The notes under the pieces were generated by a model, which did no database searches, was not told the DNA's origin, and was given only the letters and a program-made list of their open reading frames with translations. From the NCBI GenBank assembly GCA_030390025.1, contig JASTWF010000033.1:2854001-2918000 (forward strand): a DNA stretch of 64,000 nt, in the 5' to 3' direction. The position numbers and the translations under genes are program-made. This document shows, one piece after another, positions 1-10,240 of this stretch. The stretch's first letter is position 1. Each line of letters opens with the position of its first letter. The stretch comes from Squalus acanthias (lineage: Eukaryota).

Positions 1-713
1 GGGTATGACATAAGCCAGATAAAATGAACCCGTCCATTCTCGGGGCAATAAGGGATAGGCCCTATGACCGCACACGAAATGAGTCCCGTTGTAGGGGGTA
101 TACTTATTTACCTCTGGGGGGTCCCATTGTACTGAGAAGTCACCGCTTCTGTTTAGTGATGGGAGTTTCAACTACCCGTCTCACCAGGCAAGGCAATGTT
201 ATATGTGCAGTTACTGTAGCCCACAATAGGATCTGTCGGTCGTCCCCTCTTTACGAGATATAGTCCCCCCCCTTGTCCGTTCTTACTCTTTGTTCTCAGG
301 AACGGTGGTAGATAGGAATCGTTATATGTTGACCGTGTCCACCCACTACCATATTCTGGGTTGTACCCATGACCTTGCAGCTTTGCTATAGCTCTGCCGT
401 CTGTCTTTGCTTCATAACAGCTCACAGTTGTGCATCCTGCTCTAACTCCAAACATCCAACTGACCGTCTCATCATCACTAAGTGGGAATAGTTGTAGGGG
501 GACTCCTTCCTCCAAGTGCGTGGGGACATGGGCGCAGACCCAACAGCTGGCAACATCAACTCTCTTGGCATATGTGTATGACATATATAAAAAGGTGCTC
601 ACCCGTAACCCTAGTTTGGCCCTTTGGGGTACTCTGGCCTGAGTCCTCCCGAGGCTACATATTATGTTTATACAAATTAGGAAACTACACCTGATATTGC
701 GTAACACGTTCAT
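1..713 (-). pseudogene. env: Retroviral env, SU N-terminal part (gamma-type, CXXC), frameshifted
   Basis: Signal-peptide-like start (FLICINIICSLG), then STFLYMSYTYAKRVDVASCWVCAHVP..GVPL. A shifted frame near 1-102 reads YNGTHFVCGHRAYPLLPREWTGSFYLAYVIP. Acceptor-like ttcttttcacccccacag at ~792 upstream. Confidence 0.88.
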
Positions 714-817
714 CTTATCACTTTATGTTAACAATGTCCCAAAGGCTATATCGCCAACCGAACCACTTTGTTGCTTGAAGATTGTATTTTCCTGTGGGGG
801 TGAAAAGAATACTGTCA

Positions 818-1045
818 TTATGCTGGTTCCTCGATAATAATCATTTGGATTCCCTCCTCCTGCTCGACCGGTTGGAGTCGCTGGGATCGTTCCCATACAT
901 GCTTCACGATGCATCCCATAGTGTATCCCATTATGACAATGCATATTGTCCATACCATCGACCGTACTAGCGCCCATTCCCATTCTTTGAATTTTCTAAC
1001 GTATTCTTCACTTCCCACAAAAGGTACATGCTCTCTTGTAGCCAT
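818..1045 (-). CDS. Small 75-aa ORF between integrase and env, with one predicted transmembrane helix
   Basis: ATG lies 2 nt after the integrase TAA in AAAATGG context; hydrophobic segment ALVRSMVWTICIVIMGYTMGCIV; no stops. Confidence 0.5.
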   Translation of the reverse strand: MATREHVPFVGSEEYVRKFKEWEWALVRSMVWTICIVIMGYTMGCIVKHVWERSQRLQPVEQEEGIQMIIIEEPA

Positions 1046-1047
1046 TT

Positions 1048-2410
1048 TTAAGCTGGCGAAGGGTCATAGACTTTTAGCTGTGTCCAGTGATTCCATCGTC
1101 CCATGCCCTTCATATCAATGCAAGCACACGTATCTCCACTAATTAGAATCTGATATGGTCCTGACCATTTTGGGGTAAACCCGGGTTTTCCTGGTAAACC
1201 TTTAACCTTTACCTTATTCCCGGCTGGAGGGATATATGGGAAAGCGATCGATTCTAAATCCTTATCCTTTTCTTCCTGTCTGTCCCGCGTTTGCTGCCTC
1301 ATTTCCTTTAATTGACTGCTTAATTCGAGGACATACCTTCGGAGCTTATCCTTTACAGGACCCACATCCTCTCCTCCTGTTATTATGCAATGGGGGAGTT
1401 GCATTGCCCTCCCCGTCATTAGCTCATATGGTGATAAGCCCGTTGTTCGGTTTGGGGTGGCTCTTAGTTTCATTAAGACTTGTAGTAACACATCAACCCA
1501 CTGTTGATGTTTGTCCCCTGAAGCCTTGGCTCAGGCTGTTTTCAAGGTTCGGTTCATTCGTTCCACCATTCCAGAACTTTGGGGATGGTACGGAATGTGG
1601 AATTTCTGTTTTATGCCCATCCACTTGCATACATTCTTCACTACTGCTCCCGTAAAGTGAGTTCCCTGATCTGAGTCAATTTGGATCGGTATTCCCCACC
1701 TGGGAATTATTTTCTCCGCCATTATTCGTGCCACGGTGGTGGCAGTACAGTACAGGGAATGCCTCAACCGACCTAGTAAACTGATCTATTATTACCAGGC
1801 AATACCTCTTACCCCTTGACCTGGGGAGGGGTCCGGTGAAGTCTATTTGTATATTTTCCCATGGGCCGCTCGGCCGTGGTTGGTGGGCCATCCGTATCTT
1901 AACGAGTCATCCTGGGTTGTGCTGGGCACACGCGATACACCGCTGGCAATGTTTTTCCACCTCTCTTCCTAACCCAGGCCACCGCCATTCTTTACTTATT
2001 AGGTCAATGATCGGCCTTCTTTCTGTATGGGCGTCTGCATGGTGTAGTTCTAAGAGCATTTGTCTGATACATGCGGGGGCTATCACCATCCCGTTTTTCC
2101 GCCATATAGCTTCCTTGTCTGATCCACCTCCTGTGCGGTACCATTCCTGTTTCTCCCCTTCTTGGGTCTCTTTGTGTAATTTCCTAATAGCTATTTCTTC
2201 CACCTGTGCACTGGCTATGTTTTCTTCAACCACTTCTTGTTCAAGAGCTTGCTGTGCTGCTAAATCAGCGGCATGGTTCCTTTTTGTTCCTGATTTTGTA
2301 TTTTCTGGTGCGCCTTTATTTTTATTACTGCTGCGAGTGTTGGGGCCTTTGCGGCTTCCAAGAAGGCCTCTATCCGCTGCTGGTGTTTTATATGATCCCA
2401 TCTTTAGCAA
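1048..2410 (-). pseudogene. pol: pol remnant: C-terminal half of RNase H plus integrase, with frameshifts and stops
   Basis: HIKHQQRIEAFLEAAKAP..VIKIKAHQK and NHAADLAA (RNase H); HHADAH..WRWP..CQRCIAC (Zn finger); QIDFTGPLP, IDSDQGTHF, HPQSSGMVER (DDE core); SPYELMTGR; GPYQI. Confidence 0.93.
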
Positions 2411-3524
2411 CTATGTGACACGCCCACTGAACCACCGCATCATATGTATTCGCCGCCACTATTCACATTTTTAATATCGCTTGGTGGGATTGGGACAACC
2501 CGTCCTTAAACATTTGAATAAAGGGCTGGTCTGTCATCTGGGGATCTGCTTGTCCCGATGATTCCTGGTATACGACGAACAATCGTTCGCCATAATCACT
2601 ACTGCTGCCCACTTTCCGCTGTTTTATCATTATTATACGTCCCCCATTTGGTGAGGATCCTCCTAAGGCCGCCTGGACCGCTGTTTTAAAGGGTTTGTGG
2701 GCCGCGAGTTGGGCCACCTTGTCCGCAATTAAGGCGATACGGCCGGTCCAGCCACCGTCTTGGTGGCCGTTTTGTTTATCCACCTCCCTCCATTTCTCAG
2801 CCAGGCATTTAGCCCGTACTAGCTGGTGGATGTCCCGAGGATGGAGGTCGTGTATATCCCACATCTCCTCGAGATTTCTCCAAAATTCCCCATTTGTGCT
2901 ACGGGGCTTCAATGTTCCCAAATCTTTCAATATTGTTTGTTTTTCTAAGGGTCTAAGAGCTTGGTACTTGGCTGTGGGATTTTGTACTGTTCCCCCTCTT
3001 TTTAAAGGGGCTGCCTTGACTGCGTTTGGGTTCTTTTTCTCTTTCTCTAAGTTTTCGTCATCACTGTCTTCCATGGAAGGTGCTGATGCCTCTGGGGCGT
3101 AAGGAGGTGGCATCTCGTCCTCATTTTCGGAGCCCTGGACTTTTACCCAGGCGCACAAATGTGCCCGCCTTTCGTTCCATAGTTCCGTTTTGTCCAGCCG
3201 GTACCCATCAAGGACCGTCTGGCCTCATTTGTATAATACTAACTCTTGTTCTAATTCCAGAATTCTTTCACTTTTACTTGCAAGTCTAGTGTGGAGTCGC
3301 GGCACCTTGTTAGTTAATGCGACTAATTGGTTTCCTAGTATCAACCCCGCCTTTTTTGTCTTTTTCTGTTTTTGACCCTCCCACCACTCTCTTTGTACTT
3401 TCGGATTCTGGAGCGGGTCCCACCCCTCCTTCGTCATCTTATCAACTAAAAACTTCCGGTCGTCTGCATAGAAGCTAGTAAGGGACCCCATTGGTCCCCA
3501 TTCTATTTCTTTCCCCGACGCCAT
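2411..3524 (-). pseudogene. gag: gag, with in-frame TGA stops at 3225-3227 and 2463-2465 and no nucleocapsid part
   Basis: ORFs 3225-3524 and 2463-3158 share one frame; PPPY late motif (EMPPPYAP); MHR-like KQRKVGSSSDYGERL; first long ORF downstream of the PBS. Confidence 0.85.
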
Positions 3525-3994
3525 TTGTAGTCCAACTTACAGTCTTACCAAATGCTGAGTTCCTCTACTCGGGCTTGTTCTTGATACTTTAAAGACCTTC
3601 AAGCGGTTAATCAGTAACAACACACATATATATTTGCTGACTTCAAGATCCCAGGGTGTTTTGGAGCTTCTACGCCTACTTGATCCTGGCCATCACGTGG
3701 GACTATGTCCTCTTAATTCAGACTCAGTCTAGGTGTTAGAGACAGGCAACCTCCTTGTCCGAGTCGTTCTGTCACTCACTCATTCCTTTGCGACATTTAT
3801 CGCTACACAGTGTTCCCTTTAGTACTTGCGATCCGCACTCTCACAACTGTGTTCTCCTAACTCTCGCAGACTTTACTTGATTCGTGATGCTACGGCACTG
3901 TCCCTCCACCTTTCCAGGTGACTCAATTTCTGGAAGGTCAAAATTGACTTCTCGTCCGGGTTCACCGGTGCAGGTGGTCTTTCAGTTCCAGAGC

Positions 3995-4012
3995 ATCCTG
4001 CCGACTATGCCA
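3995..4012 (-). promoter_or_regulatory. Primer-binding site, tRNA-Ser
   Basis: Plus strand atcctgccgactatgcca matches the vertebrate tRNA-Ser 3' end ATCCTGCCGACTACGCCA at 17/18 positions, 2 nt from the LTR end. Confidence 0.9.
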
Positions 4013-4014
4013 AT

Positions 4015-4494
4015 TGTTGGTGAAAAATTAATTCACTCGAGTCTGTCTCAAAGCAGAAGATCACAGTTTATTAAACAGAGTGCACTGGGAGAAGAGCCAT
4101 AGACCCCACGGTCTAGTAAATTCACTTCTCGATCTTACAGTCATATTGGAATTTCTTTTATACATTATAGGGTCGGCTAGGCAATTCATTACATGCAAAT
4201 GTCTTCACCCAATCACGTTCCCCCAGCAACAGACTTCTAATTATAAACTGCACTTTAAGCTGAAAAATGTTACTTCCCTATCGAATCTATAAACATCGAA
4301 ATGTTGTGTCAGCTTTGTCTAGTCGGACTGGCTGGTCATGCGGTGATTGGTTCTCAAGTGTAACCGTTGTACCTTGCACAAACGTTTGTTGACCACAGAC
4401 ATTACTCATCGCACTGTGTCAGCGAAACCATTCTGTATTTACGAATTTACTTTTTATATTACATTCTTTAAGCCCTATAATTTTTACTCCAACA
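4015..4494 (-). repeat. 5' LTR of ERV-A (480 bp)
   Basis: Imperfect inverted termini tgttggtgaaaaatta / taatttttactccaaca; minus-strand TATAAA at 4157-4162 and AATAAA at 4067-4072; abuts CR1 sequence at 4495. Confidence 0.9.
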
Positions 4495-5658
4495 GTGTCC
4501 TCTTCCTTGAAGACAGAACCAAAGTCTTTGTTTAATTGGTCAGCCATTTCCTTGTTCCGCATTATAACTTTTCCCGTTTCAGACTGTAAGGGCCGTACAT
4601 TTGTCTTCACTAATCTTTTTCTTTTTAGATGCTTGTAGAAGCTTTTGCAGTCCACTCTTATATTGCTTCTTAATCAATCTCTTGGTTCTTTTTTCTCAAC
4701 TCTAAACTGCTCCCAATCTGCAGGCTTGCTATTTTTTCTGTCAACTTGATATGATTCCTCTTTGGATCTAATACTATCCTTAATTTTTTTGTTTGCTATG
4801 GTTATACTGGTTTTCCTTTTGCGTTTTTGCGCCAGAAAGAAATGTATACCAGCTGCAATTCATGCATTCGTTCATTAAATGTTAGCCATTGCCTATCCAC
4901 CATCATGCATTTTAATGAAGCTCCCCAATCTATCATAGCCAACTCACTCCTCAACCTTCGTAGTTTCCTTTGTTTAGAGTTAGGACCCTAGTTACGGATT
5001 GGAATTCTTCACTTTCCATCTTAATGAAGAATTCTATTATGCTATGGTCACTCTTCCCTAAAGGAATCTGCACAACAAGATTATTAATTAATCGCTTCGC
5101 ATTGCACATTACCCAATCTAGGATAGCCTGTTCCCTAGTTGGCTCCTCAACGTACTGGTCTAAAAACCCATCTCGGACACACTCCAGGAATTCATCCTCC
5201 ACAGTATTATTGCTAATTTGGTTTGGCCAGTCTATATGTAGATTAAACTCACCCACGATTACTGTCGTACTCTTGTTACATGCATCTCTAATTTCCTGTT
5301 TGATGCCATTCCCTTAATTACCACTACTGTTTGGAGGCCTACAGACAACTCCCACCGATGTTCTCTGCCCCTTGGTGCTGCTTAGCTCCACCTCGAGAAG
5401 TTCTACATCTTGATTTTCTGGGCCAATATCCTTTCTCACTATTGCTCTGATTTCATCCTTTACTAACAACGCTACCCACCACCTTTTCCTTTTTGCCTAT
5501 CCTTCCTACATATCGAATATCCTTGGATATTCAGCTTCCAGCCTTGGTCACCCTGCAGCCATGTCTCCGTAATCTCAATTAAATCATATCCGTTTACATC
5601 GATTTGCGCTGTTAATTCGTTTACCTTTTTATGAATGTTTCCTTGCATTCAGATACAG
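4495..5658 (-). mobile_element. CR1-clade LINE fragment (ORF2 endonuclease/linker), interrupted by ERV-A
   Basis: MGEFNLHIDW..FLDQYVEEPTREQAILDWV..LGKSDH; KSFYKHLKRKR..FGSVFKEED. Confidence 0.9.
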
Positions 5659-6062
5659 TCAAAGAGCAGCGGAGAATCTGAAGCTGGAAATGCAAGTTAG
5701 AACAGTGAATTCAATAACAAATCAGGCACAGGAAGCGAAATAAAGAGAGGAAAAGAAAGATTAGATCAAGAGAGAGAAAAGAAACAGAATAAAGTAAAAT
5801 TATTTTTATTATTTAAAAATCTAAAACAAATGAATTCTGAATGAATGAGTCTCCACACGTATAAAAGTGAATTTTCAGTGCCAGAGAGGTTATTTGGCTG
5901 TAATTAAGACTCACTAAGACCGTTGAAAATGGGACTTAGACTGAAATGGACGGGGTTGTTGCGGTGTGTGAAATATTGTTGAGATCTATGGTTAATAATC
6001 GAGGCGATGCTATGGGATCCTTTAAAGTTCGGTGGCAATTCAAACAGCCCGAAAACGCACTG

Positions 6063-6135
6063 TTCCCTGACCGGGAAGCGAACCCCGGCCGGGACAAGGA
6101 AGAACGCCGAATCCTAACCACTAGACCACCAGGTA
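6063..6135 (-). pseudogene. tRNA-Glu(CTC)-derived pseudogene
   Basis: TACCTGGTGGTCTAGTGGTTAGGATTCGGCG...GGTTCGCTTCCCGGTCAGGGAA matches tRNA-Glu; anticodon arm is scrambled; TTTT terminator at 6052-6055. Confidence 0.88.
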
Positions 6136-6713
6136 AGCTGCAGCAAGCGCCGTGCCAGAAAGCACAGCAACACAGTCTTTCCTGCGTGCTCCTTTGAAAT
6201 TCAGATACTTTCGCGCCAGGCAAACTGTTCGTACAAAATGACATTTTTTTAGTTGAGAACACAAAAGACGTGTTCGCGAAAGCACGGCACCATGTGCGGG
6301 CAGCAATCCACTTGAAATCGATTTCCTTCTGTGCTTTTCTCTGGATGTTGTCTCTCTCGGGGCCGGGCGATCATTTCATTTATGCTTTTACTCCTGAACT
6401 GAAGCCTTTTGCCCCTCTCGCGGGGTCAGAGCCGCTCTGTCTGTCTCTTCCTGCTTGTGACCATTAACGGGAACAGGCCGCCAATTCAACGTTCATCAGC
6501 AAACCCAGAAACACAAATAAACAGAAAGATGAGTCTCTCCGCCTCGGTGGCAAAGGTGGCTGTCATTTTACAGAAGGCAAGGAAGTTTATTTTGGATTGC
6601 TGCACCGAATGATGCGCTGCTGACTGTTGCGGCAGTAGCAGCGGTGCAGCAAGTTGAAAGCTTGATCAGGGTGCTTTGATTGGTGGCAGTGCAAACAGTC
6701 ACAAAAGGCAATG

Positions 6714-6745
6714 TTTCCTTACCGAGAATCGAATCCGGGCCGTAG
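6714..6745 (-). pseudogene. 3' half of a second tRNA-Glu-like relic
   Basis: GGCCCGGATTCGATTCTCGGTAAGGAAA resembles the tRNA-Glu T-arm and acceptor end and is followed by a T run; the 5' half is absent. Confidence 0.55.
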
Positions 6746-7558
6746 CTTTTCCTCAGAGCCAGAAAGAAACACAGAGGCACACAGACAGAGAGAAGCCGTC
6801 GGGAAATTGAACACTGATCACTTTACTATCAAGGACCTGGTAGAGGAAGTAGTTATGCAGTGCTTGAGGCAAAGATTCAAACACTCACACAGACATGTGT
6901 GTGTGCTCTCTTTGTGTATGTATGTCTCAGATATCAGCCTTGCAAATTTTTCCTATTCAAGAGTTTATCCAATTCCCTTTTGAAAGTTCCTATTGAATCT
7001 GCTTCCACCGCCCTTTCAGGCAGTGCAATCCGGAACACACTCCCTGAGTCACTGGGCTTATCCACTTGTTTGCTGCCGCTGTTTTTTCTCAGTGCAATAT
7101 TTAGTTTTGAGCTTCTGGCAATAATTGGCCACTAATCGATCAAAGGGGAAAGTGACTGAGAAATAAACAGTGTCTGTGGCTGCATGAAACAGACATACTT
7201 TTTCCACTGATATGTCAATTTATTTATCAGCATCAAATCAGAAATTGAGCAGCTAAAATGATATTACAGTTCAATACAGAGCAGAGTGAATAAATTAATA
7301 TACCTCAGGACGGGGATGGAGCCTCGGCCCTTCCCACAGACGATCTAAATTATATGATTGATTATTGATGTTGACCGATTTATTTCGACACTTTAGAATT
7401 CTGGAGAACCTGCTTCATTAGTTGTAGAACAAGCTGAGCCGACAGCTCCCTCCCTGTAACAACAGATAAGGGGAAGCCAGCAATAGTTCTGGCTGGTTTA
7501 CCCGGTACACTCTGAGACTCTTAACTTACAGGGAGGTTCGGTCGAGCCCCACATTGGG

Positions 7559-8115
7559 GTGAATGCCTGGTATCCTGGCAGCAGTCATGATGCCTTCATC
7601 CTGCACCAGTCTGGTGTGCCAGCAATCTTCCAGCCACCATGTCAAACCAAAGGGTGGCTGCTCGGAGACAAGGGCTTTCCGCTATGCACCTGGCTGATGA
7701 CACCTCACCAATAACCCACCAGTCAGGGCCAGCAATCATATAATGAGAGCCATGCTGCCACGAGGTACCTCATCGCGCAGACTATCGGGGCGTTAAAGCA
7801 ATGGTCCCTCAGCCTTGACCGCTCATGAGGAGCTCTCAGTAAACACTGGAGGCCCATTTAGTGGTGATCTGCTGCATGCGCCACAACGTGGCCATCTTGA
7901 GGTCGAAGTGATTGCCACCACGGGTTCTGGGACCACCTCAGGAGGAGGAGGAAGTGGAGGAAGAGGAGGAGGAGGAAGAGCAGGAGGCGGAATAGGTAGA
8001 AATGGAAGAGCAGGAGAACGAAGAAGAGGAGGATGGTGAAGGGAGGAGGCAGGCAGTAGATCCTTGTTCTGGACAGGCTGTCCGTGAGCGCCGCATCAGA
8101 TTCCAGTTCCAGTGA
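7559..8115 (+). pseudogene. Harbinger transposase C-terminal part (DDE_Tnp_4 / HARBI1-like)
   Basis: YPGSSHDAFIL..GWLLGDKGFPLCTWLMTP..YNESHAATR..IGALKQ..CCMRHN and an acidic tail; internal stops and frameshifts. Confidence 0.88.
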
Positions 8116-8409
8116 ATGAAACTCCACATGCCTGTTGCTCACCAGTTCCCCATCTTGCCATCCCTCTGTCACAGAACATCACAGCGTCCTCCTGGTCACA
8201 AAGCTGAAATGAGAGCCACCACAAAACAAACATTCCAAACATAATGTATAAGTTTAGCAAATCACAATCAGAATAACAAAGTCAACTCTAATCACCCTTG
8301 TGCTTTCCCTCAGTGTCTGTCTTTCTTTCGTGTTGCTTCTCCTACTCTCGTGCTCCTACGAAGTGCTCCCCCAGTGGCTACAGAATGGCTGATGGAAGGC
8401 TGCTGACTT

Positions 8410-9709
8410 TCAATGGGGAGACTGCAGATGGCCTTGCAGGAAGACCTCGAGCAGCTCTGGGCCTTGAATGCCCGGCTGTAGACTGCACCAACTCGGCATG
8501 GACGGCAGCAGCCTGAGTTGGCTGGATGACAGGCAGCAGCAAGGGCACTGCCAGAGTTGCAGTGGTGGGAGTATGAATGCTGTCATCCTGAGAGAGGACT
8601 GCAGGTTCTTGCTCTGTGGAGCCACTGCCACGTTCCAGGGTGGCGCCTCTGCAATTCTAGCCTTCTATTTGGTGAAAGATTGCCGGAGTGCTGTGAGACC
8701 CCGCACTTCATACTCGTAAATACAGCCACGATGGCAGCAATGTGAGCTTCCACTGCAGTACTGAGACGTTGGGTCGCTTCCGCCTGTGCTGCAATGGAAG
8801 CTGTGACATCACCCATCACACACTGCATCATGGCTGGGTCTACTAGGTCTCTCATGGAGTTGCCCATCATTTCCATCCTGGAAATCACGGGCTCCAAGCT
8901 CCGTGCAAATTCCTGTGCAATGTTGGAGCTGCACATCTCCATGCTCCTTGGCACTGACAAGAGGCCCTCTGGCAGGCTTGCCATTGCACCGGGCATTTCA
9001 GTGTGCATACCCATCACCCTTCTTCTGATGGCCGACCCATTGAGGTACTGATCTGATTCCTGTGCATCAGAACTCGTGCATGAACTCACCCACTGGGGAG
9101 CTGACACCCATCTATCCTTTCCCCCTGACCTGGCTGCAGCCCACTGGTGTCCAGTAACTCACCACCTGCAGAGCCTGCCTCTATACTACACTCTAAAATC
9201 CTCGCAGTGCCATTTTCTGAGCTGGTGCCTGTGAATATCAGATGCATTGACGGTGCTCCTGCATTGCTCTCCTTCAAAGATTCGGGGACAGGTTGGCGTA
9301 GTTGGAATTCGTGCGTATCTGAAAGGAGAAAGGCACAAGGGTCGAGATGTGGTGAGGGATGGGGGATAGCAAGATATCCATGCCTACACCATCAGTGTGT
9401 TGCATTGAGCAATGTGTGAGGTTTGTGGTGCAGATGGTGCGATATGGCATTTGATGATGCATTCACCCACCTTGACCACTCGTCTGAGGTCATTAAACTT
9501 TTTGCGGGACTACATCCAGGTCTTGGGGCTAACACTTGTCGCACTGACGGCTTCAGCGATCCCCTCCCGCAGCCTTCTGTTTTCCTTCCTTGAAAGCCGC
9601 TTGCCAACCTGAGATAGATGGCCTGACAGCGTCTTTGAAACTCGAGGACCAAGGCCTCCATTGCTGCATCTGAAAACCACCTCGTCCTTTCTCTTAGCTG
9701 TTGGAACAT
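8410..9709 (-). pseudogene. Harbinger Myb/SANT-like DNA-binding protein gene, multi-exon, decayed
   Basis: RTRWFSDAAMEALV, then in a shifted frame IAEAVSATSVSPKTW*SRKKFNDLRRVVK followed by donor gtgggt (~9470); acceptor-like ctcctttcag (~9320); coiled-coil-like downstream ORF 8583-9107. Confidence 0.72.
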
Positions 9710-10044
9710 GGTTTTCTCCACAATGACAATGAGGTGCTTCTGCAACAAGGCACTTCCTCTTTAATAGTGCAGCGAACCTATGCCAAACTTTATTGGCCAG
9801 TAGACTGCACAGGATATTGTCCCCCCCTGTTCAGCACTAAGCCAATCAGCAGCGGATTTAGCGCTGAGATCAGCATTGCAATCATTACAATAAGCAGGCA
9901 GCACGAATTGTGTGTAGAAAGGACTGGGGCAGATCGAGCTTTGCGCTGCCTGCGCCTGTTTTCAGGACTTGTACAATTTCTAGAGCTATATTCCAGATCA
10001 GAACAAATTGCCGAATTACAACAATGCTCCTGATATTCCTCCTG

Positions 10045-10240
10045 CATTTTTTTGTTGCAAATTATCCTAAATCTGTGTCCTTTGGTTATCGACCATCCTG
10101 CCAATGGAAACAGTTTCTCCCTATATACTCTATCAAACACTTCATGATTTTGATCGCCTCATTTAAATCTCCATTTAACCCTCTCTGCTATAAGAAGAAC
10201 AATCCCAGATTCTCTAGTCTCTCCACATAACTGAAGTCTC
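10045..10240 (-). mobile_element. Short CR1 3' fragment
   Basis: FDRVYREKLFPLAG..TKGHRFRI. Confidence 0.75.

Larger units (their letters stand above)
1..4494 (-). mobile_element. Defective endogenous retrovirus ERV-A (5'LTR-PBS-gag-[deletion]-RNaseH/IN-small ORF-env); runs off the window start
   Basis: LTR with TGTTGG...CCAACA termini, tRNA-Ser PBS, Gag PPPY motif, integrase HHCC and DDE motifs and env CWVC, all collinear on the minus strand. Confidence 0.95.
7559..9987. mobile_element. Decayed PIF/Harbinger DNA transposon (convergent transposase and Myb/SANT genes), left end missing
   Basis: HARBI1-type motifs on the plus strand, Myb/SANT-type motifs on the minus strand; terminus-like caatttctagagc near 9973-9986. 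Confidence 0.85.

Noticed and set aside
3225..3227. Programmed readthrough at the in-frame TGA in gag
   Set aside because: It lies in the Gag N-terminal region, not at the gag-pol junction; a point mutation such as CGA to TGA is simpler
6063..6135. Functional tRNA-Glu gene
   Set aside because: Anticodon arm disrupted; mismatches in the acceptor stem and T-loop
7140..7555. Possible coding fragment or Harbinger left end
   Set aside because: Stops in the frames I checked, no recognisable motif and no inverted match to the right terminus
7559..8115. Host HARBI1 gene
   Set aside because: Truncated, with stops and frameshifts, and paired with a Myb/SANT partner as in a transposon
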